Assembly (NCBI RefSeq): GCF_009834535.1
Contig: NC_045698.1
Location: forward strand, 1,738,001-1,802,000
From: Camelus ferus
Taxonomy: Eukaryota
Length of the DNA: 64,000 bases
Reading direction: 5' to 3'
The notes under the pieces were generated by a model that worked only from the letters and a program-made list of their open reading frames with translations, ran no database searches and was not told where the DNA came from. Both the position numbers and the translations under genes were made by a program. Of this stretch, positions 26,995 to 36,100 are shown one piece after another. How positions within the stretch are numbered: the first letter of the stretch is position 1; the number at the start of each line of letters is the position of its first letter.

Positions 26995-27645
26995 GGTCGA
27001 CTCCGCTCGGCCTCTTTAATAAGATTTAAACGCGGTTTTAAGTGACCCTGAAACGCAGGCGGGCTGTGGCGGCGGCGTCTTCGCGGGCGCTTGTCCGCAG
27101 CGGTTCGTCCCGGCCGGGTCGGCAGAGGCCGGATCCACACACGCCGGGGACGGCCTCGCGGAGGCCGGGCCGCTGTCCCGCCGGCCTCGGGGACCAGCCC
27201 TGCCGGCGGCGGCCCGGGGTGCGCGCCGCGCGGGGCCCCGGCCCGGCCCCCCGCCCCGCCCCGCGGCCTGAACGCAGACAAAGGTGGATGAAGTTCTTTG
27301 CAAGTTTCAAAGGCAGTTGCCGGGCAGCTTTGCAGAAACAATAACTCTTTTATTGGGAACAAATGTTGACATTTGACGGGCGCGGGAGGCCGCGGCCGCC
27401 GGGCCAGCGCTCCCTCCCCGTGCTCTGGGCAGCGCCCGGCCCCCGGGGCCCACCTGAGATTAAAGCGCGAATTGCGATAAATCGGCTGTAAGGTACCCGG
27501 GGCCGCGCGGGCTACGTCCCCGCCAAGCCTGCGCCCGAGCCCCGCAAGGCCCGCGTCCCCGCCCCGGCCCCGCGCCCGCCGCCGCGCGCCTCCCTCTCCC
27601 CCTCCTCCGCCCACAACTGCACAAGTCTACGTTGGCCGGGACGTA
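26995..27645. promoter_or_regulatory. CpG island 3' of IRX2 with an internal AT-rich motif core
   Basis: CpG-dense flanks around an AT-richer core at 27290-27375 and 27455-27490. Confidence 0.8.
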
Positions 27646-30119
27646 ATTTTTTATTAACTAGATTTTAAAGCAAAAAATAAGAATCAGGCACAGCAACTTC
27701 CTTCCCTAAGAAGGATCTCCCTGTCTCTGTCTCTCTCGTCGCGTCTTCCTTTATCCTGCCTAGAGATCCGCATGGAGAAACCAGAGCTCGCTCTGCGTTT
27801 CCTTAAAAAGACCCCCCCGAAACACCTGCAGGTTTTATATTCTTAGCGGACATTAAAAATCAAGTTTCCCAGAAAGAAATTCAGGCCAGGAGGCAGGGTG
27901 GGTGAGTTATGGAAATCTTTGATAATTTGTTGGGCATATAAACATCAAAGAAGATTTGTTAGGCTGGGTTAATCTCCTGAGCTGCTTTGAGTTTTCACCA
28001 ACTGAAAGGTGCACGTTGTGGTGGAGAACGAGGTCTGGTGTCTGTGTGTGCGTGTGTGTGTGCATGTAGGGAAGGGATCACATGTCCAGGTAAAGCAATC
28101 TTCTGTTCCAAAGGGAGCCAGCTTTCATCCAGGCTTCAGTTTCTGAACACAGGCAAGGAGGTGAATTTTTACTCGGGTTTTCTACGTGCACACTCTACGT
28201 TTCTTTGAAGAAATGGAGCGGTGTCAGTGTGTAGCTTCATTAGGGTGCATGATGTCACAGTGTTTTAATTTGTTAAATATTGTTAACTTTCATACTTTTC
28301 ACAGAAGTCTTCAAAATACTTAAATTATAATCTTACGTATAACAGAGATATCGCTGCCATGTGCACTGTATTCCCTGCTGATTTAGGAAAGATGGCTAAT
28401 ACGAATAAAAGCAAAGTGCTTAACGCCTTCATATTGCATCCTAAAGCGTGATTCCTGGAGTGAAAGCCATTATCTTCACCGAAATTCTACAAAGCCTTCA
28501 TCTAAAACCAAAACGAGCAAAGGCGCTCCCAGAGGCTCAGTTTCATGCCCACAGACTCGAATTCGCTTTCTTCCAGACATGCTGCCACAGAGTGGCCAGA
28601 CTTCCTGCGGGAAACATCTTCCCTGTTGCCGAGAGAGATAGCTCGGATCCAAACAGGTCCTGGTCTTTTACTGGGGAGGCAGGAAGGAGAGGAAAATAGT
28701 TCTCCACCCCAAAGATTCACTTTCTGCTAACCTCCAAATGCTTACCAACTCAAAACCAACAAAATGCCTGAGAAGCAATAGAAAACCGAAACCTTGGTCT
28801 GCTCCTCAATCCGCAGTCAGACCACATAGCTCCTCCCTACAGGCACGGCTCTGTGACCAGTTCACAGCCCCCTGGCTTTGCCTCAAGTATCTAAGATTAC
28901 TTTCAAATACCCTTTCTAACAAGACCCCAGCAAGAGGCCACTAATTTCTACTGCACAAAAAGCCACTGGAGAGAGATGCGTTTGTCAATATCATCTGGCC
29001 TGGCAATTTCCCATCCTCAGACACATCGGCCTATCAGCACTGGCAGATGTTTAGACAAGATTTTATAAATTGTTCAATATCAGCCCATAATGAACCCCAA
29101 CTGACCATTCCAAAGCAGCTAAAGGCGTCCGGGACGACCCCCGCTGGGATCCAATAATGCTCTCAGGCTGCAGCATTATTAATCATGGAATAAAATAGAT
29201 GAACCTCTTGAAAAATAAGTGTATGATTGATTAAAGGGCAATCTGAGAAGCTATTATTCTTGTTTTATAACCGTAAGTTATATTCACTCAATTTATCTTT
29301 GGAGAGGAAATAAATGATTGTTCATTTCTTTTCTGAAATTATATTAGAGGGATATCCATAAAATTTTGCTGGAAATTAAAGTGACAGTTTTGCTGTTTTT
29401 ATGATACTAATCAAAGACAATATGTTCCTTGACTACAAATTCTAGCCTTGTCCTATAATTAGATAGTGAGTAACATATAACGAGGCAGTGGTGGAAGGTA
29501 CTTTAAACTTCTCTTTCCCTCGGGGTTAGGGTAAGAACCACTGCAAGGAGAATAAATCTCTCCTCCCAGATTTTCCGCCTTGTGTTTAATGTGAGTCATA
29601 TGAAAAGGCAAGGCAAGAAGTCGTTCAATAAATCTGAAGAATCTATGCCAATTTGGATAATTCAAGATTAAGATAAACAATTATTCTCCTCAATAAGTTA
29701 TGGGGAGGGATGTAACTGTGACCCACGTCAGCACAATTCTCTAGTTACTGAGGAGATTCAATAAGCCTGTATCAGAAATAAATATAAAATGGGTCCTAAT
29801 TCACAGGGGTATCAGGCCATTTTATTTTGCCTTGTTTTCTTTTTTAATATATACTAACAAGACATCTGCATATTCGGAGCACAAAATCTTAATTTTTTTT
29901 TGCAATGCATGTGTATATAAATAGTCTAAAACCATATGTAGCTCCCTCCTGTGTATTTCTCTTCCATCTGTCTTTTGTATGGACAGGAGAAGGGAGAGAT
30001 TATTTTACACATTTTCATTAAAAAGCCTGAGGCCAGATCACCTGGGGGAGGGGCTGCTACCACTTAGGGCCCCCCACCCCCAAATCGCTCTTCCAGGACA
30101 AATGAGCCCCAGACACCGT

Positions 30120-31437
30120 ACTGTTGTAGACTAGTTTGTTTTTATTTACAATTTAAGATATAAATTAGTAAAGAATTCTTGTTAAACAACCAACAAAGAT
30201 TGTATAACTGGCAATGTTCAAATAAAAACCAGGCAGGGTTTATTTACAAAAAGTTTAGATTCCGTTGCAATACAACTTGCATAAATTACTAGAAGCTTTA
30301 TATCATTATAAAAATAAATATCAAATTTGTTTCCACTTCTTAAGTACTCAAGTTCTATAATCACGTTTTATTTCTACTGTGTACATCTTTTACAAATCAA
30401 TTTTACAGTAAATCCTATCACACCTATAGAATATATACCGTGGCAATGAAGTGATCAATTCAAGATATCCTGAGAAAAAAGATTGTTTTCAAAAGTCACA
30501 CATACATTGGGGAAACTATACTATGCCAGCAAATTCACATATGTCCAACAAAAGTCTGTTCCGACGGTCTGTGGGTTGGCAGTGCCCTGTGGCTCCTTCT
30601 CCTTCACAGTGGCACGAGACGGGTCCTGATTTAGAGATCAGGTTTTTTATGTCTCTATATTTATGAACATGGAAAGAGAGAATGGCCTGCTGACTTTTTT
30701 TTTTTTTCCAAAGCAATTGTGACACCTACCTGTGGACCAAGGAAAAAACCCAATCACCCCAAATCCTTCAGTCCCAAACCAGCACCATCACATTTTAAAA
30801 AGAAATCCCTCTCACATGGTTTTGCCTCTTTTCCCATCTTCAAGATCTGCGATTAGTAATGCTGTCTACTTGTAAAGTGGGTTTTTTTTTTTTTTGAGAT
30901 ACTGCTGTCAGCCAGGCCAACTGCACGGTCCTATCTAATCCATCTGGACATGCGGACGGGCCTGATAAAAGACCTTCTGTGTCTCCCTAGTCTGACTCTG
31001 CAAGCATCATCTCTAAAGGGATTTGATGCCCCAAGTTTCAGGAGCGCTAGCTCATCACAGCAAGTGTCTATTAAGTGTCTAGCGCGGTAAAAAATAAATG
31101 GTTCAAAATTGCAAACAAATATTCAGACTTTAATCACCAAATATTTTTCCAAAGAGAAAACAACCGCAGTGGTGCAATAAATATATTCCAGTTAGAGTGA
31201 TTCTGCAAAGCAGAACTGGAGCAAGAAAGAGGGGCTCTGTAAACGAGCAGGGGTCCTCGCCTACTTAAAGAAAAAAATAAAAACCAGGAGAAGATTGCAA
31301 TGCTCTGTCCTCAGACCTCGTGACAAGAAGCAAGAAATACACATTAAGCGAGTTTACAGAGCTATCGGTGCAGGGAGGCTCCCTGAGGCGGGGGACCCCA
31401 GGGAGCTCACTTACTTGCATTGCTGTGTGCGGCCCTT
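30120..31437 (-). other. IRX2: IRX2 3'UTR (AU-rich; 3' end approximate)
   Basis: AT-rich sequence after the stop codon, with minus-strand AATAAA at 30239-30244 and 30141-30146 and a GU-rich element (GGTGTCT) further downstream. Confidence 0.75.
30141..30146 (-). terminator. Distal polyadenylation signal AATAAA of IRX2 (proximal candidate at 30239-30244)
   Basis: Plus-strand TTTATT; the AU-rich UTR character ends shortly after it and a GU-rich downstream element follows. Confidence 0.7.
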
Positions 31438-31490
31438 CTATAGGTAGGGCTGGACGCCCCCACCAACCATGGTGCAGCCCTCACTGGCAT
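31438..31490 (-). CDS. IRX2: IRX2 coding exon 4 (53 nt including TAG stop)
   Basis: Acceptor CCCTGACAG|AT; encodes (D)[19 protein letters not shown], matching the IRX2 C-terminus as I recall it. Confidence 0.95.
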
Positions 31491-34400
31491 CTGTCAGGGG
31501 AGGGGGCAGTGAGTCAGAACCTGACCCCAGAGCCATCTGTCTCCCAGACAGCAGCGCAGCCACCAGCCCGCACACCCACGCTCTCTGCACCCAGCAAGCA
31601 GCTTGGGGCACCTGACTGTCTCCCCGCCATGTCTGAGATGGACCTCGCTCTGTTCCCTCCTCCTCACTGTCTCTCCCCCTTGACTTTCTTTTACAGGTCT
31701 TATGAGATCCCACCTGAATTCTGAATGATAGAGGCAGTATGAGGAAAAGGAGAGGAAGAAAATAGGCTCTTGTTTTCTACTTTGAAATTTTGATAAACTA
31801 AGGCCTGTGGGAGGAACCGGCACATTTTGTTTCTTTCCAGCCAAAGGCGGGAAGAGGAGATTCAGCCGAGACGCTATTAATCCACAGGCAGCGCAGGAGC
31901 TGGGCTCAGTCAGCACGGAGACCAAGCGGTAATTTGCAACTTGTGGCAGTTTGTGTTTGCCAAAAGCAAACCGGTCACGATGATACTCATAGCAGCAAAA
32001 ATAGCAAATCAAGGGGAAGTCAGTGACACGGGGTGGGACACAGGCCCTCTTGTGAGGCCAAGGTCTCCCGGCCCTTTCCTGCCTTCACCACCCTTCTCTC
32101 CTCCTAGCTTGTCGTCCAAGAGCCGCCGGCCCAGGACGGGCTGTCATTCTCCTCCTCTCCTTCAAGGGACAAAGCTCCCCCCAGGCAGACCTACAGGTGC
32201 CCCGGCCCCTTCCCCTGCTCCTCCGGAGTGCTCACTAACCAGGGACCAGGCTCTCCCTCCCCAGGGGACCCGCGGGCCACAGGCAGCCTACCTTTCTTGG
32301 GCTCGTAGCCGCCGCCCGGGGGCCGGTACTGGGGCTCCAGCGGGTGCGCGCCCGCCTTGCCCGCGTCGCTGGCCGCCTTGGGAGCCGCGTGCAGCGCCTC
32401 TCCGGGTGCCACGGCCGCCGAGTTGTACCGCAGGAGCCCCTGGCCCTGCAGCGCCGCGTTCAAGTTCCCGTAATTGGTGTAGTTGCTGTAGAAGGGCGAC
32501 GTGTAGTAGAGGTGGCGGCCGAGGAGCGGTGACGCGGGGTAGGGCGAGCCTCCGGGCGGCGCCCCGGACGAGTTGGGCGCGGCGGCCGCGGGCAGCCCGG
32601 GCGGCGCGCAGCCCGGGCCCAGGCTCGGCTGCTTGAGGTCCGACGTGGCGATCTCGGCCAGAGACCACAGCTTGGGCTTGCTGGCGGGCGGCGGCGCGCC
32701 CGGCGACGTCCGGCTGCCCAGGGGCGTCTTGCCGCCGCCGCCGCCCCCGCGGGGCGCGGCCTCGGGCGGGGGACTCAGCAGCGGCGCCTCCACGCCGGTC
32801 AGCGGCGACGAGGTCACGGGCTTGGGCGGCACCAGGTCCCGCTCTCCCTCCTCCTCGTCGTCCTCGTCGTCCTCCAGGTCGTCGTACTTATCCTTGCACT
32901 CCGAGCCCGACTCGCACAGAGGGTCCCCGGCTCGGCACGGCAGCTTCTCCCCGTCTGACTCGGCGGAGCACGAGTGATCCGTGAGCGAGTCGACGTGCAG
33001 GCTGATCCCTGCAGGGGCGCGGGCACAGTCTGTGGCAAGCGGGGACACTGCGGGCACCCTGTGGGGGTTGGGGGCGCTGCCCCACAAGCTCCCGCACCTC
33101 CACCCAAAGCCAGCCGCGTCCTGGAGGGAGTATGAGCATCCCGGGAAGCGCTCCTGGAGGAGGCACAGGGCCCGGCATGCCAGGCGGCCTGGACAAGAGG
33201 CCCGAACCTGGAAAGTCGTGGGGGGAGGTGGGGGGGGCAGCGTCCTCCCCGATCGCCTTCTCCCGGAGCCCAGCTCTGCGCCCCGCCTGGGAAGAAAGCT
33301 CCCTCAACCTCGCTCCCGCCGCGGCCCCCTGCTCACCTTCGTCCTCCGCCGACGTCTCAGTGCCCTCCTGCGCCTTGTCCGGACTCTCCTCCTTGCTTCT
33401 GGCCGCGTCACCCTCGTCCTCATCCTCGTCCTCGCTTTTGTTCCTCGGGGCCCACGTCATCTTATTCTCCTTCTTGAGGCGTCTGCGCGCGTTGGCGAAC
33501 CAGGTGGAGACCTGCGTGAGGGTCATCTTGGTGATGATGGCCAGCATGATCTTCTCGCCCTTGGTGGGGTAGGGGTTCTTGCGGTGCTCGTTGAGCCAGG
33601 CCTTGAGCGTGGCCGTGGCGTCCCGCGTGGCGTTCTTGCGGTAGGCTGGGTCGTTGAGTTGGTACGGGTAGGCCGCGCTGCCGTAAGGGTGGTAGCTGAT
33701 GGCACCCGTCATCCCGGTCGTGTGTGCGTCGTAGGGCGCGCCCTGCAACCGACAAGAACCTGGTGAGCGGATTGCTCGGGGCCCTGACAGCCATCAGAGC
33801 GAGGGAGGCCCCTCCGCCAGCCCGTGGCCGCCTTTCCCACGGTGTTTCCAGCGCTGGAGCGGCGCTTCCCGCAGCAACAGAGCAAAAGGCCCCAGCGGGT
33901 AATTTGAGGCCAGCTGTGGATCACGACAGGCGGCGCAGTCTTGGTCTCACGTTTGCGAACGCTCTCGCTTTCCTAAAATGCATCTCCTCCCCAAATGCTC
34001 CTGAACCGCGGGGACAGACGGGCAGAAATATGAAGGCACACAGGCCCACAGGTAGTTTCTTGATATCTAAATTTCTCTGGATATTCCAAGGGCCGCTGCC
34101 TCCCCCGACCCCCCTTCCCCGCCCTTACATGGTTAAAAACCCACCCCAGAGCCCCCCGCTCCGCTATTCACCGCTCTAAAGCTCGGCAAATCCAATTTGC
34201 AACTCAGAAGCCAGTCACCGTTTCGAATTCTTCAAATACGCGGTAATTAGCATTTTAATTCAGCCTTTAACGTTTAAATTCGAGACTTTACAGCCTTCTC
34301 CGAGGCCCCAGCCACTCCGTCGCTGCCCTGGAATTCCACCGAGGGCGGGCAACAGCCATAACCCCAGGAACGGCCTCAATCGTCTAAGTAGCGCTCTGCC

Positions 34401-35358
34401 ACCACCCGGGCCAGGCCAGCTGCAGAACCCGAGGAGCGTGGGCCGACCCCGTGTCGAGGAAGCAGGAGCTTCTCTCGGTACGCAAGGACCGGGGAAGCAC
34501 TTAGAGGGTCATACAGACGCCCGCCAACACGTTTTGCGAAAGCGTGGCCTATGGGACAGATTAAGGCTGAGATCTTGGAGGGCCGGCCGGGCCCCAGAGC
34601 CGCGGCCTCAGGCTCCCCTCTCCCCCACAACCCGGTGACCCCAGCCCGGCAAGTAAATGCTAAGCGCCCGGCAGTCGCCCCAGAGGCCCCAGTGGCGCCG
34701 ACCCTTGCGCCTGCGCCAGAAGAAGAGAGAGCCCCGGCCCGCTCTGCACTCCTCGTCAGGCTTCCTTGGCGCGTGAAAGGAGGACAACCCAGCACAGATC
34801 CCGACCCCGGCCGAGTCGCACTTCACCGGCTCTTGGGGAAAACGACACCGGGAGCCGAGGTGAAGCGGCACGGAGTGCGGGTCCCCAGCTCCGGCTCAAG
34901 ACGTCGCTGGCCAGCCGCCCTGCCTCTCACCCGGGTCTCTTGTCCCGCCAGAGGCGCGGCGGCCCCAGCTGGCGACTCGGGAGCCACCGCCCACGGCACG
35001 TTCCCCGCGGCCCCGCTGGCCGATCCCGGGCCCAGCTCCGCACGAGCCGCGATCAGGATCTCCGAGCCCGGGGTCCCGCGTCCAAGCCCGCCCGCCCGCG
35101 CGCGATTACCATGTAGGACGGGAAACCGGCGGCGGCGGCGGCGGCGTCGGCCGAGTACTGCAGCGGGCTGCCGAAGCCGGTGGCCGCCTGCGCGGTGAAG
35201 GCCGCGGAGCCCGGGTAAGGGCTGAACGCCGAGCCCGACGCCGAGCGCGCCAGCTCCTCGCTGCGCGGCGCCGCCAGTGCCGACGCGCCGTACGCCGGGC
35301 ACGAGTAGAGCGCCAGCGAGCCGGGCGCCTGGTACAGGTAGCCCTGCGGGTAGGACAT
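31438..35358 (-). CDS. IRX2: Iroquois-class homeodomain protein IRX-2; spliced CDS join(35358-35110, 33742-33337, 33008-32292, 31490-31438), 1425 nt, 474 aa
   Basis: N-terminus [14 protein letters not shown] homeodomain [60 protein letters not shown] (~33461-33640); IRO box [14 protein letters not shown]-terminus [14 protein letters not shown]. All introns are GT-AG and the phases are consistent (249+406+717+53=1425). Confidence 0.98.
32292..33008 (-). CDS. IRX2: IRX2 coding exon 3 (717 nt, acidic tract and IRO box)
   Basis: Acceptor CCTGCAG|GGATC; encodes [12 protein letters not shown]...[12 protein letters not shown]...[13 protein letters not shown]...YEPKK; donor AAAG|GTAGGC. Confidence 0.97.
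33337..33742 (-). CDS. IRX2: IRX2 coding exon 2 (406 nt, homeodomain)
   Basis: Acceptor GGTTGCAG|GGC; encodes GAPYDAH...homeodomain...SAEDE; donor GAAG|GTGAGC. Confidence 0.97.
35110..35358 (-). CDS. IRX2: IRX2 coding exon 1 (249 nt)
   Basis: ATG at 35358 in context CCCATCATGT; translates [24 protein letters not shown]...GFPSYM; donor ATG|GTAATC with GT at 35109-35108. Confidence 0.96.
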
Positions 35359-35528
35359 GATGGGCGCGGGGCGCGAGGCCCGCGTCACGCCGAGCAGCGG
35401 GCAGGGCGCGCGGCGCCCTCCATCCACGCCCGGCCGGGCGCGGCGCGGCGGCGGGCGCGGGGACGGCGGGCCGAGGCTGGCCGGCCCGCGCACTAGCCCG
35501 GGCGGCCCGCGGGACGGGGGAGCGGCGG

Positions 35529-35552
35529 GGCGGCGGCGGCGGCGGCGGCGGC
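35529..35552. repeat. (GGC)8, read as (GCC)8 on the mRNA strand, upstream of the IRX2 ATG (probable 5'UTR)
   Basis: Read directly from the sequence. Confidence 0.9.
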
Positions 35553-35639
35553 GACGGCGCGGAGCCGGTGGGCGCAGCCGCGCGCCAGGCCGGCGGTCGG
35601 GGTTTGGGGGAGTCTGGAGTCGGGAGTGAGGAGTTGAGG

Positions 35640-36100
35640 AAGGAGCGCTCGAGTTTCCGAGGGACATTGGAACGCGGAGCTGTCCGTCACTCGCTCATCT
35701 GCATATTCGGGCGCCCGCCCCCTCCCCTGCTCCGCCCGCTCCGCCCGCTCCGCCCGCTCCAGCCGCCAGGCCGCGGCCGGGGGAGGGGCGGGGACCGAAG
35801 GGGAGGGGAGGGGAACGCGGAGGAGCGGGAGGCGGGAGGGAAGGAGGGAGGAGGAGGAGGAGGGAGGGACGCGCAGGCTTTTGTGGCGCAGTCGCCTCTC
35901 GCGCAGCCCCAGCCCGCGGCCCGCGGCCCCGCGGCCAGGCGGAGCCGAACAGTGCGTCCCCCTCCCACTCACACGGACTCCCATCACCCACCCCCGCTCC
36001 CCCACCTTCCGCAGCCAGCCCCCCAGCCCGCGGCGCGCTGGCCGCCCTCCACTGCCCCGCCCCCAGCTCGGCCCGCAAGGACTAGGCAGAGGCTGCCCAC
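35640..36100. promoter_or_regulatory. Bidirectional GC-rich promoter between IRX2 and IRX2-DT
   Basis: CpG-dense interval between the two head-to-head 5' ends with no obvious TATA box; tandem GC boxes (GCTCCGCCC)x3 at 35729-35755, GGGGCGGGG at ~35786 and a G-rich purine tract at 35780-35870. Confidence 0.75.

Noticed and set aside
32981..35198. Long plus-strand ORFs antisense to IRX2 exons and intron 1
   Set aside because: Shadow ORFs produced by GC-rich codon usage and the CpG island.
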